Positions 36,951 through 45,982 of a stretch of DNA of 64,000 bases are shown piece after piece. Positions within the stretch are counted from its first letter, which is position 1, and every line of letters starts with the position of its first letter. Source of the stretch: Candidatus Poribacteria bacterium (GTDB lineage Bacteria > Poribacteria > WGA-4E > GCA-2687025); the NCBI GenBank assembly GCA_963665845.2, contig OY762492.1, positions 3,520,001-3,584,000 on the forward strand, read 5' to 3'. A model generated the notes under the pieces. That model saw nothing but the letters and a program-made list of their open reading frames with translations. It had not been told where the DNA came from and searched no databases. Position numbers and translations under genes: made by a program.

Positions 36951-38774
36951 TTATTCTCCGTGTTTAATTTCTCCGACGACGAGGCATATGGACGCTTTCA
37001 TTTTAGCGCCTTTCATCGCGTTCTCCAAAAAGACGTTCTGTTCCAGCTCGGCGATATATCTGCCCGGTTGAAGATAGGCGGCGGGCGATTTTTGCGCCGC
37101 TTCAATTTCAGGAACCCAGTCTTGGGAGATGTACAGCTGGCGCAGCGTTTTGCCGCCAATCGGAACGCCCTTCGTTTTCGCTAAGACGGCTTCAGCGCCG
37201 TTTCGGATGCCGGAGGCGAAGGCTTGGTAGAGTTTGCCGTCATGGTCGGCGTACCAGAACGCCTTGACATCGGCGCCGAGCCGGTTGACAACCTTGAGCT
37301 TGCCCCCGTTTCGTTTCAGTTCGATGCGTTCGTTTCGTTCCTGTATTTTGCGGAATTTGAAATGCAGCGGGATCCTGGGCTGGATCCACTCGCCGCTCCA
37401 GCGCTGTCCGTCTGTCCAGTCGATGGAGCCGACCGCATGCGGGTCGTGAGGCGGCCGCCCCGCCAGATATATAGGCGCAGCAAAGTTTATCCTTTGGCTC
37501 GCCTGCAGCGTCAACTCCGTTTCTTCATCGAAGAGCAAGCCGTCGGGGTGCGCGGACGGCGAATAGAAACCGACCCAGCCGATCGTGGACGCCGAACGCG
37601 CCGCTTGATCTAGAAAGGTCAGGCTGCAGACGCGCATACGCTTCCCTCCTTCCGCTGTCGCCGCGTAAAAAACGAAGAGAACGCATGCAAGCAGCGAAGC
37701 GGCGGGAACCGTCCAGTACAGCTTCATGCGCCGGTCGATTCTTCTAAACAGAAAGATGTTCACGGTTCCGACGAGAACGGCGAGGAGCAGCATCAAGAAA
37801 AACATGCAGCGGTAGCTCGCCCGATCATCGTACGAATCAATAACGGGAAGAACGGCATTGGCGCCCTCCGATGTGTACGTTTTTATCCATGTTCCTTGAG
37901 TTTCCTTCCATGAATCGAATATTTCCGCATGAAAGGTTGGGGTCGTCGGCATGGGACGATAATGCCTTGATGTCAAAAAGAGCAGTCCAAGTCCGATTTC
38001 GTACCGCTCAATCGCGTCGCTTTTAAGGGCGCGGTTCTCCAGCCGCTCGTCCAAGCGTTTCCACTTGTCGGGCAGTTTTCCGCTTCCGATCACCGCCAGA
38101 GATCCCCCGCTTTTGATATATTCCCATAACGCTTTTTGCTGTCCGCCGCTCAACGCCTCCGCCTCGGACAAGGTCAAGAGAATCCCGTCCAAGCCGCTAT
38201 AGATGAACGGAATCGGCTCTAAAGTGTCGCGCGGAATATATTTAACGAAACTTTTATTCGGGGACCTGCCGGCCCTTCGGATGTCGTCTATCGCGACGGT
38301 TGCGCCAATCCCTTGCAGTATCGTGAGACGAGAGGGGCCGAAGCCCATGCTTCTACTGCCAGCGCCGCCATGATCAGTATAACCGGAGGCGCCTCCTCTT
38401 CCCTCCGCCTTCTCTCCGTCAACCCATATGCCATATCCATGAAGGTCGCCGAGGAGTCGAAGATACGGTTGATGCATGTAGGTCTCCACGGTTGAGTTTG
38501 GCTCAACCTCAATCGTCTTCGAAATGCTTTTAAGCCTCCCTTTTCTACTGCTGGAGAGCTGGGACTGCTCAAGGCTGATCTTGATGCGATGCGTCTTGTC
38601 GGGAGAGCGGTTCTGAATGCGAATGCGGTGGGAAGCGTAGCCGTGGCTCACATCGCCTCCGCTGCGTCTGTCGATCTCGATCGTGAGACGGCCGATCGTC
38701 GTTATGGATGCGGCGGCTGTGTTCAGCGCGCATGCGATAAAAATGAGCGCCGCTGCGCAGATGAGTCGCCGCAT
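36951..38774 (-). CDS. Secreted/membrane protein paralogue 2
   Basis: Same signal peptide (MRRLICAAALIFIACALN) and conserved blocks as paralogue 1. AGGAG RBS. Confidence 0.8.
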   Translation of the reverse strand: MRRLICAAALIFIACALNTAAASITTIGRLTIEIDRRSGGDVSHGYASHRIRIQNRSPDKTHRIKISLEQSQLSSSRKGRLKSISKTIEVEPNSTVETYMHQPYLRLLGDLHGYGIWVDGEKAEGRGGASGYTDHGGAGSRSMGFGPSRLTILQGIGATVAIDDIRRAGRSPNKSFVKYIPRDTLEPIPFIYSGLDGILLTLSEAEALSGGQQKALWEYIKSGGSLAVIGSGKLPDKWKRLDERLENRALKSDAIERYEIGLGLLFLTSRHYRPMPTTPTFHAEIFDSWKETQGTWIKTYTSEGANAVLPVIDSYDDRASYRCMFFLMLLLAVLVGTVNIFLFRRIDRRMKLYWTVPAASLLACVLFVFYAATAEGGKRMRVCSLTFLDQAARSASTIGWVGFYSPSAHPDGLLFDEETELTLQASQRINFAAPIYLAGRPPHDPHAVGSIDWTDGQRWSGEWIQPRIPLHFKFRKIQERNERIELKRNGGKLKVVNRLGADVKAFWYADHDGKLYQAFASGIRNGAEAVLAKTKGVPIGGKTLRQLYISQDWVPEIEAAQKSPAAYLQPGRYIAELEQNVFLENAMKGAKMKASICLVVGEIKHGE

Positions 38775-38785
38775 CTTCATTCTCC

Positions 38786-40750
38786 TTATTCCAGTTCTCC
38801 GACGACGAGGCATGTGGACGATTTCATCTCGGCGCCCTGCATCGCGTTCTCCAAAAAGACATTCTCTTCCAGCTCGGCAAAATACCGCCCAGGCTGTAGA
38901 TGCGCCGCGGGCGACGCCTTCGCCGCCTCGATTTCGGCGACCCAGTTTTCGGAGGCGTATATCTCCCGCAACGTTTTCAGACCGATCGCTGCGCCTTCTG
39001 TTTTGGTTAAAACAGCCTCTCCGCCGTCTGGGACATCGACAGCCGTATAAACGTTGCCGTCATGGTCAGCATACCAGAAACCCTTGACGCCCGCCCCAAG
39101 CCGATTGGCAATTTTGAGAGCGCCCCCCTCCCGCTCCAGATCGATGCGTTCGGTTCGGTCCTCATTCTTGCGCAGTTTGAAATGCCGGGGAATGCGCGCC
39201 GACACCCATCCGCCCGTAAGCCGCTGCCCGTCTGTCCAGTCGATGGATCCGATCATCCGACCGCCAAACGCCATCGCTGTCAGCTCCGTGTTCTCATGAA
39301 ACGCCAGCTCCTTGACATCCTCCAGAGGAGAGTAATAACCCGTCCATCCGATGGTCGCCGCCCGTCCAGAGCTTTGGTCAAGATGCGTCAGACTGACGAC
39401 CCGCGTCTGTTGACGCCACCCAAACGCAACCGCCGCATACAACACAAGAATTCCGACCGCCAGCGCCGACAAGACGGGGGTCGTCCAGTAAGCCCATATT
39501 CGCCGCTTGATACGTTTTAATATCAGCAGGTTCACGGGTCCAATCAGAACAGCCGCCAGAAGCATGAGCGGAATGAGCCGAAGCAGCGTGGAGCGCAGAT
39601 CAACCGTCTTCGCCATCGGAAGTACGTTGTTGGCTCCCTTCGCCGTGTGGAGTCGATGCCAAGCGGGCGCGGGGTTATACCATGATCTGGGCGCCTCGTC
39701 AGCTGAATCAGGGTATTTCCATGCGCCGAGACGTTTGAGCGTGCCGGACGAGGGAGGCGGGTCCATTTCAACGCTTAGATCGTACATACCGACCAAGAAG
39801 AGGACGCCGAAACCGACATCGTATCTCTTAAATGCGTTTTCTTGGCTGTCCGTCTCTGTAGGTTGGAGGTCAAAATCGGCGGGCAGTTGAGAAACATCCT
39901 CGGCTCCAAGGGGAGCCATGAGAACGGCGGAGCCGCCGCATTCCGCGTATCTCAACAGGGCGAGGCGCGCCTCCGGCGTCATCTCTTTCAAGCCGTCAAC
40001 GGCGTACACGATTCCGTCAAACGACGAGTAATTGAGCCAGTTCGGATCAAAATTATTGTCTTTGCGGTACTTTTTTCCTTCAGAAAAAGAATAGTAGTAT
40101 TTTCTATCGAAACCGTCGCTGTAAACGATCTCTGGAAAGGGGATGCTTTTCTTGCTTCCGTTGGAAGAATCGCGGGAAGTGAACTCTTTCGAAAGCCCGC
40201 GCGTCAGATAATTTAAATCGAAAACGCTCGACGTTCCGATCAACACGCGCGGCTTAAACGAAGAGGATTTGCCCAGCGGCTTCGTCGTCTCCGCCCCTGG
40301 CGCCGGCTTCAGATTGTTGCCATGCCGTTCAGAGTCGTTCCGAAGCAGCACATTGTGGGGATGCCGAACCCCGTTGACCTCAATTTCGCACGAGCCGTTT
40401 CCGTATCGTCCATACATTCGCAGCGCGGGTTGGTACATCGCCGCAATTTTGACGGTGGACGGTCCGATCTCCTCCGTTATAGACAGGCTTTCGATGCGCA
40501 CATCGATGTCGGTTTGATCGTAATGGTACACTGGAATGCGCAGCGTGACGCGGTGGGTTTTGTCAGGCGACAGATTCTGCACTTTGACGCGATGCATCGC
40601 ATAACCATGGATGCCTTCAATTTTCGGCGCGCGCCCGCCGTAACCTTCTCCTACGACAATGTCGTCTTGGTCAGCTGCGAGATTCGCCCCGTTCATTCCG
40701 AACAAGAATAACGTCAATACCGCTGCGGACAAGACCCGCCGCATGCTCAT
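38786..40750 (-). CDS. Secreted/membrane protein paralogue 3 (more divergent)
   Basis: Shares HGYA..R..VQN.SPDKTHR, YSSFDGI, YDVGFG, LIGPVN, GSIDWTDGQR and FWYADHDG with the other two. Confidence 0.8.
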   Translation of the reverse strand: MSMRRVLSAAVLTLFLFGMNGANLAADQDDIVVGEGYGGRAPKIEGIHGYAMHRVKVQNLSPDKTHRVTLRIPVYHYDQTDIDVRIESLSITEEIGPSTVKIAAMYQPALRMYGRYGNGSCEIEVNGVRHPHNVLLRNDSERHGNNLKPAPGAETTKPLGKSSSFKPRVLIGTSSVFDLNYLTRGLSKEFTSRDSSNGSKKSIPFPEIVYSDGFDRKYYYSFSEGKKYRKDNNFDPNWLNYSSFDGIVYAVDGLKEMTPEARLALLRYAECGGSAVLMAPLGAEDVSQLPADFDLQPTETDSQENAFKRYDVGFGVLFLVGMYDLSVEMDPPPSSGTLKRLGAWKYPDSADEAPRSWYNPAPAWHRLHTAKGANNVLPMAKTVDLRSTLLRLIPLMLLAAVLIGPVNLLILKRIKRRIWAYWTTPVLSALAVGILVLYAAVAFGWRQQTRVVSLTHLDQSSGRAATIGWTGYYSPLEDVKELAFHENTELTAMAFGGRMIGSIDWTDGQRLTGGWVSARIPRHFKLRKNEDRTERIDLEREGGALKIANRLGAGVKGFWYADHDGNVYTAVDVPDGGEAVLTKTEGAAIGLKTLREIYASENWVAEIEAAKASPAAHLQPGRYFAELEENVFLENAMQGAEMKSSTCLVVGELE

Positions 40751-40794
40751 TTTGCCGTTCAAACCGCCTCTCCTTCCCTCGCCGCTCCCATGCC

Positions 40795-40823
40795 ATTATA
40801 CGCCTCCGCCGCTGAACGCTCAA
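40795..40823 (-). promoter_or_regulatory. Sigma70-type promoter TTGAGC-17-TATAAT for the paralogue operon
   Basis: Reverse complement of ATTATA (40795-40800) and GCTCAA (40818-40823). Confidence 0.6.
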
Positions 40824-40840
40824 CCGTCCGCGCCGCCGAT

Positions 40841-40867
40841 ATGTCCCAACTTAAGACGTAAGGTCAG
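40841..40867 (+). repeat. Solo terminal inverted repeat of the MITE family
   Basis: ATGTCCCAACTTAAGACGTAAGGTCAG, between two divergent promoters. Confidence 0.7.
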
Positions 40868-40877
40868 AAAATCGCTA

Positions 40878-40906
40878 TTGTCAAAATGCGCTCAACGCGC
40901 TATAGT
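40878..40906 (+). promoter_or_regulatory. Sigma70-type promoter TTGTCA-17-TATAGT
   Basis: TTGTCA 40878-40883 and TATAGT 40901-40906, upstream of the PglZ-like gene. Confidence 0.6.
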
Positions 40907-40921
40907 ATGTCAAGAGGGGGA

Positions 40922-43210
40922 GTGAGCATAAACAAAAAAAATACGGCGCGGCAGGCGGATCTGATCGGATCGCTTCTAGAGTCGGAGGCGGAGGGCAAGC
41001 CGCCCCGCTTTCTATTTGTGCGCGACCCGAATCGTCTGATGGATGGGGCGCTCTGGGCGCCGTTTCACGGACGAACCTACCGCCCTGTCTTTTTCAAACA
41101 TATCCTGTCCCTGCGCGACGCCCTAGAGGATCTGAAAGACGCCGAGGGGGAATTTCCGCTGGCGGTCGTCGTTCTGTCGGGGGAGCCGCCCAGCCTGCAG
41201 CCCGCCGCCGACCTGATCAGCCGCGCCGCCTTCGTCGACATCTCCCCGCTCAAAGCGCTGGAGCTTGCCGCGCCTGAACATGCATGGCCGGCGGGCGTCG
41301 ACCTGCTTCATGGCGCTGACTTCTGGAACGCGCTGCCCGGACTGATCGAACGGCGGGCGGCATGGGGAGGCGAAGTCCCCGCGTCTCAAACGCCCGCGAT
41401 GATCGCCGAGGCGTTTCTCGGCAGATCCCTGCGCGAACCGATGAGCGAAGAAGAAGCGATGGAACTGTGGCGCCAGACCGAAGAAGAGGATCGTCTCATC
41501 GGCTTTTTCACGCGCAACCGACCCGCCGCCGAGGCGGTTCAAACGGCGATCCAGCGCTGCGTCTCCATCGAACAGAAACTTGCCCGCGACCCCGACTTTG
41601 CCGCTTTCATCTGGACGACGCATTTTCTGCACAAATACGGCTCCAACCCGCGCCTGCTTCTTCCCCAGTTTTTCAACGCCGCCACATGGGCAAAATACTC
41701 CAACCATAGCCCGGAGGAGCTGTCCAACGTCTGCAGCGATATACTCCAAAACGACCCTGAACGCGCTATCTCCCATGTGCGCATCGCCGAACGCTCCCTC
41801 GCGCAGCTGCCCGAACGAGAGCAGCTTTTTTTCAACCTGATCGGCTTAGAAGGCGACAAGAAAACCGAGACAGCGCTCCGCATCGCCGCCGAGGAGACCG
41901 TCTCCGGCTACCTGACGGAGCGGTGCCTGCGCGTCCTGTTGCCGCGCGCGGTCGAAAGCCCAGGCTCCATCTCCAAAACGCGCTTGGCGAAACTGCGGCG
42001 CGTCTTGAACCAAACGCACCTAGGCGCCCGATACCCCGCCTACTACCGCAGCCTGAACGACGCCGCCGATCTGTTCATGTCGACGCTTCAGCTGTCGGAG
42101 CTGGTGGAGCAGTATTACGCCGAGAACTGGGAGGGACGCTTCAGAACTCTTGAGATTGAGCAGTGGATGGAGGAGCTGTATCCGCGTTGTTTGACGCCGA
42201 TGTCGCTGCTTCGGGACAAGCTGCAGGGGAGGCTGTCGCGCGGGGCGGCGATGCTGTCGGGCGCGCCGGAGGCGCTTCTGGAGGAGGCGGGGCGCATTTT
42301 GGAGGTGTGCGATCTCGCGTTTGCGTATGCGGTGGAGCGCGGCTATGTCCGTTGGATTTCGCGCAAGGCGCCGCCGCCCGCTTTGACGGTCGATTTTTTA
42401 GACGTGTTCTTCTTGCCGGAGTGGAAGCGGCTGAACGCGCGCTCTCGTATGCCGCTGGCGGTGATTTGTCTGTTTCAGGGGCTGCGCTGGGACGAGTGGG
42501 AGCTGATCGCGCCGGTTGTGTCGAAAGCGCTGCCGCGCCACCGCCTTGAATGGACGCGCCCGATGCTGGCGCTGCTGCCGACCAGCTGGAAGTACAACAC
42601 GAGCGCGCTTCTGCTCGGGCGGTTCCCGTCGATTGGCGATGCCGGCCCGCCGGGGCCGCTGCTGACAGACCGCCTTGCCGCCGAGTCGATCTATTCGGTG
42701 GAAACAACCGCGCCGCCGAATCTGCGTTTTCCTAAAATGACGCGCGGGGTCGTCCTGGCAAACATTGTCTTGAGAGGCGCCGGACCGATGAAACGCAGGG
42801 GCGCCGGCGATTCGCGCGCCGAGCTGCTGCAGGCGGCGGAGGAACAGCTCGACTCCTTTTTAAAAAAGATACCGCCGAGAGCCGTTGTGATGGCTGTCTC
42901 AAACGGCGGGACATGCGAAGCGGAGCAGCCGGTGTTTCTGGCAGATCAAACGCTAAACGAAATACATTCGCGGTGGATCGGCAGTACATCCATAGCGGAC
43001 CGCGATTCGCGCATCTCCTTCGCGGCGTATTTCAACTCGGAGGCGATTCGTTTTCCAAATCCGAACACGCCGCAGTGCGCCTTTGCGCATCCAGGGTACT
43101 ATTTTTCAACAGGCGCGGATGAGCAGGAAGGTTTTCAAAGCGGCGGCGTCTCCTTAGGCGAGATGATCGTCCCATGCGCGCTCTTCCGTTCAAAGCGCGC
43201 CGCTTCCTAG
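40922..43210 (+). CDS. Large protein with a C-terminal PglZ/alkaline-phosphatase-like domain, metal ligands substituted
   Basis: VICLFQGLRWDEW, LLPTSWKYNTSALLLG, VMAVSNGG and FQSGGVSLGEMIVP align by eye to the PglZ/PorX motifs D.LR.D.W, LP(S/T).T, (S/T)DHG and HGG.S.EEM..P. Start uncertain (40907-40922). Confidence 0.65.
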   Translation: MSINKKNTARQADLIGSLLESEAEGKPPRFLFVRDPNRLMDGALWAPFHGRTYRPVFFKHILSLRDALEDLKDAEGEFPLAVVVLSGEPPSLQPAADLISRAAFVDISPLKALELAAPEHAWPAGVDLLHGADFWNALPGLIERRAAWGGEVPASQTPAMIAEAFLGRSLREPMSEEEAMELWRQTEEEDRLIGFFTRNRPAAEAVQTAIQRCVSIEQKLARDPDFAAFIWTTHFLHKYGSNPRLLLPQFFNAATWAKYSNHSPEELSNVCSDILQNDPERAISHVRIAERSLAQLPEREQLFFNLIGLEGDKKTETALRIAAEETVSGYLTERCLRVLLPRAVESPGSISKTRLAKLRRVLNQTHLGARYPAYYRSLNDAADLFMSTLQLSELVEQYYAENWEGRFRTLEIEQWMEELYPRCLTPMSLLRDKLQGRLSRGAAMLSGAPEALLEEAGRILEVCDLAFAYAVERGYVRWISRKAPPPALTVDFLDVFFLPEWKRLNARSRMPLAVICLFQGLRWDEWELIAPVVSKALPRHRLEWTRPMLALLPTSWKYNTSALLLGRFPSIGDAGPPGPLLTDRLAAESIYSVETTAPPNLRFPKMTRGVVLANIVLRGAGPMKRRGAGDSRAELLQAAEEQLDSFLKKIPPRAVVMAVSNGGTCEAEQPVFLADQTLNEIHSRWIGSTSIADRDSRISFAAYFNSEAIRFPNPNTPQCAFAHPGYYFSTGADEQEGFQSGGVSLGEMIVPCALFRSKRAAS

Positions 43211-43227
43211 TAGGGCAAGGGTTACTA

Positions 43228-43396
43228 CTGACCTTACGTCTCTTAAGTTGGGACATGTCGGAATGCAACGCGGACGTCTTCTGCGGCGCCTCTAGATTCC
43301 CGCTTACGCGGGAATGACGACCTGGTCGGCGGCGCCTTTTTCCCATGAATAGCGCGGTCATTCGTTCAAATGTCCCGACTTTCAGCATGAGGTCAG
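43228..43396 (-). mobile_element. MITE-like element copy 4
   Basis: CTGACCTTACGTC...AAGTTGGGACAT and ATGTCCCGACTTTCAGCATGAGGTCAG; flanks GTTACTA and GTTTCTA. Confidence 0.75.
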
Positions 43397-43403
43397 GTTT
43401 CTA

Positions 43404-43569
43404 TGAGATTACGTCATTAGTTGGGACATGTCGGCGGGTGAACGCGGACGGTTTCTGCGGCGCCTCTAGATTCCCGCTTACGCGGGAATGACGGTCTGGT
43501 TGGCGGCGCCTTTTTCCATGAATAGAGCGATGGTCGGTTCAAATGTCCCAACTTTACGCATGAGGTCAG
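43404..43569 (-). mobile_element. MITE-like element copy 5, tandem with copy 4 and with one degenerate end
   Basis: TGAGATTACGTCATTAGTTGGGACAT...REP...ATGTCCCAACTTTACGCATGAGGTCAG. Confidence 0.7.
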
Positions 43570-43880
43570 CGGGTAGTACGCTCATACGGGGATACTTGCG
43601 GCGCCGCGTCCGATTTCCCCTTAAAAAGAGGGTTAGGGGGTTTAAAAGGCGGCTGCATGCCTTAAGATTCCCGCTTGCGCGGGAATGACGAACTGGGGAG
43701 CGCAGGTTGCGCTTGGTTTTGAACTAGGATTTTCAGGATTTTGAGATGCGGGCATGTCAACGGTAGCGTGTCGGTTTTCGGGAACTTTCCTGGCAATCTT
43801 TTCAATCATGCAAATCTTAGTTCAGACGATAACTGCGAGGGCTGCAGCGGCTAAGATTCCTGCTTGCGCGGGAATGACGA
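43570..43880. repeat. Hairpin-family repeat, REP, diverged long palindrome (43705-43827) and REP
   Basis: Same repeat families as elsewhere in the window. Confidence 0.8.
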
Positions 43881-43896
43881 AAGAAAAGGCGTACGG

Positions 43897-45120
43897 CTAA
43901 AAGTTATCCCGCGAATGCCAAACATACTGCCGCCGTGGAAAGAGACTCTTCACCGCCTCCCGCGCCTCGTCGGAGACGCCGAACGGGAGAGCCGTTTCAA
44001 CAGGCAGCTGCCCCAGCGCCAGATCGACCGCCTCGGCATGCGTCAACTTTAACCGTATCGACGGCTCGCGCTCGTCAGACGGGTCAACAGCCTCCACGGA
44101 TCCGCCGTCGATTTTCAGCTCAACAGGCTCCGCCAGCTCCGCCTCAATGCGTATTCGTTTCACGGCGTCAACGCCCCATTCCGACGCGGCGCCGTTTTGG
44201 AGGCGCTCCGCCATGCCGGGCGCCAACTTTTCCAGCAAACTTTTCAGGTTGACGATGCGGAACATGAGCCAGCGCAGCGGCTCCTCCTGAAACGCGAATC
44301 CGCGCCCCTCCAGCCCGCGCCGCAGCGTCAAAGCCCCTGGCATGACGCGCGTCTGCTCCCGTCCGCGCAGCGCCTCAACAGCGAGCGCTACAGCCGCCGC
44401 GCGCCCGCCCTGAACATACGCCGTCTCCTCCAGCATGCCGTCTCCAGAATGGCGCAGATACGCGACCATCCGCCCGTTTTCATACGCCGCTGTGAACTGC
44501 TGCTCCTCAAACGGACGCCAGCGCACATGCCGCAGCCAGTACGCTTCGGAGCGCTGTATCGGTCCGGTCGCGCCGCGGTTGAACTGGTCATACAGCCGCA
44601 TCAGCTTCGGCAGCTCCTCGGGCCAGCGCACAGGGCGCCGTTCTCCCGCGCCGTCGTTTGCCAGCCCCTGCGGGACCGACGCGGTCAACGCGCTCGCATG
44701 CTCAAAGACGCGCCAGCCCGCCCGCCCGTAGTAGTCATGGATGCCGGTGAACAGCAGCGACAGATCGTAACCTTCCCGCTCCATAAAGCGCAGGGCGTCT
44801 TGGAGCGCCAGCGTTCCAAACCCGCGCCGGCGAAACTGCGGAAGCGTGCCGACGCTGCCGATGCCGCCCATCTTGACCGGAACGCCGCCGATGAACATCT
44901 CCCGCTCAAAGATCTGAACGACCGAGACGATGCGTCCGTTGAAGAGAACGATGCGCGAGTTTTCAGGGCGGAAGTACGGGTCTTCTTTATGGATGCGCGC
45001 GAAGAAGTCGGTCATATGGGCGGCGCGCTGGGCGTCTTTTCCGCCGAACGCCGCGCCGCAGCATTCAATCGCCCTGTCCACCTCGTCGGGTCGGGCGCCT
45101 CTCGCCTCGGCTGCGCTCAT
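43897..45120 (-). CDS. Eis-like GNAT N-acetyltransferase with C-terminal SCP2-like region
   Basis: GGIGSVGTLPQFRRRGFG, S.LFTG...YYGRAGW and LMFRIVNL..LL. ATGA overlap with the upstream gene. Confidence 0.85.
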   Translation of the reverse strand: MSAAEARGARPDEVDRAIECCGAAFGGKDAQRAAHMTDFFARIHKEDPYFRPENSRIVLFNGRIVSVVQIFEREMFIGGVPVKMGGIGSVGTLPQFRRRGFGTLALQDALRFMEREGYDLSLLFTGIHDYYGRAGWRVFEHASALTASVPQGLANDGAGERRPVRWPEELPKLMRLYDQFNRGATGPIQRSEAYWLRHVRWRPFEEQQFTAAYENGRMVAYLRHSGDGMLEETAYVQGGRAAAVALAVEALRGREQTRVMPGALTLRRGLEGRGFAFQEEPLRWLMFRIVNLKSLLEKLAPGMAERLQNGAASEWGVDAVKRIRIEAELAEPVELKIDGGSVEAVDPSDEREPSIRLKLTHAEAVDLALGQLPVETALPFGVSDEAREAVKSLFPRRQYVWHSRDNF

Positions 45121-45974
45121 CTGCGCCGCTCCGAATGCAGATCGATCGGCTCGCCCGCGCTCCATTTTGGAAAATGGCTCGGCGGGATATATTCAAACAG
45201 CTCGTCGTCCTGCGGGTACGGGTTCTCCTTGCGCTCATGAAGCGCGTATTGGTACAGCCGCGCCCGCCGCTGCATCGTCTCTTCGTTGAACCACCGATAC
45301 CGCTCGTTCCAGCTCCATGCGCGGTTGTCAAAATAGACGACGCGGCGCAGATCGCTGGAGCGGTTCCGGTCGCTGCCGTGAAGAACCTTCACATGATGCA
45401 GCAGGACGTCGCCCGGTTCCATCTCGGCGGGAACGGCCCCGGCGGCTTCCATCGCCCGAAAATCCTCCCGCCCCTTGCGTATCCATTCAACCGCCTTTTG
45501 CGGCTCCCACAGATGGCTCCCCGGGACGCACCAGACGCAGCTGTTCTCGACGTTCGAGACGTCTGGATAGATGTCGATGTTGAAGATGCGCTCATCGCCG
45601 TCCACCGGGTTGCCGTCGCGGTGCCACGGAACGGAGGAGCCGTTGCCCGGCAGTTTAAACACAAGCGACTCGTAGCATGGCACAAAGTCTTGACCGACCA
45701 TGCGCGTCAGCAGGTCGCCGATGAACGGATGCGCCAGCAGCCGCAGCGAAAAGTTGTTCGGATGAACATGCAGATAGGTCAAATAGTACGGGACGCCCTC
45801 CGGCCCGCGCATGCACATCCGATTCTCCTGCGTCTCCTCCTGTTGTATCCGTTCAATGAGCCGCTGCGATTCGCGCTGAAAGTTGCCCAGCTCGTCCGCG
45901 TTCAGCACATTCTTGCAGATCACAAACCCGTTCTCGTCAAAAAAACGTATCTCATCGTCCGTTATTTTGCGCAT
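45117..45974 (-). CDS. Phytanoyl-CoA dioxygenase (PhyH) family Fe/2OG oxygenase
   Basis: FFDENGF, WHRD, VPGSH and PGDVLLHH..VLHGS..NRS...RR. Start MRKIT. Confidence 0.88.
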   Translation of the reverse strand: MRKITDDEIRFFDENGFVICKNVLNADELGNFQRESQRLIERIQQEETQENRMCMRGPEGVPYYLTYLHVHPNNFSLRLLAHPFIGDLLTRMVGQDFVPCYESLVFKLPGNGSSVPWHRDGNPVDGDERIFNIDIYPDVSNVENSCVWCVPGSHLWEPQKAVEWIRKGREDFRAMEAAGAVPAEMEPGDVLLHHVKVLHGSDRNRSSDLRRVVYFDNRAWSWNERYRWFNEETMQRRARLYQYALHERKENPYPQDDELFEYIPPSHFPKWSAGEPIDLHSERRR

Positions 45975-45982
45975 GCCGTTCC

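Noticed and set aside
34823-40750. Diversity-generating retroelement behind the paralogue variation
   Set aside because: There is no reverse transcriptase or template repeat, and the differences are indels and general substitutions rather than adenine-specific changes.
31286-43210. A BREX system built from the PglZ-like gene and the methyltransferase
   Set aside because: No BrxC, BrxL, BrxA or BrxB is present. The methyltransferase is type ISP-like rather than PglX and lies 6.5 kb away on the other strand.
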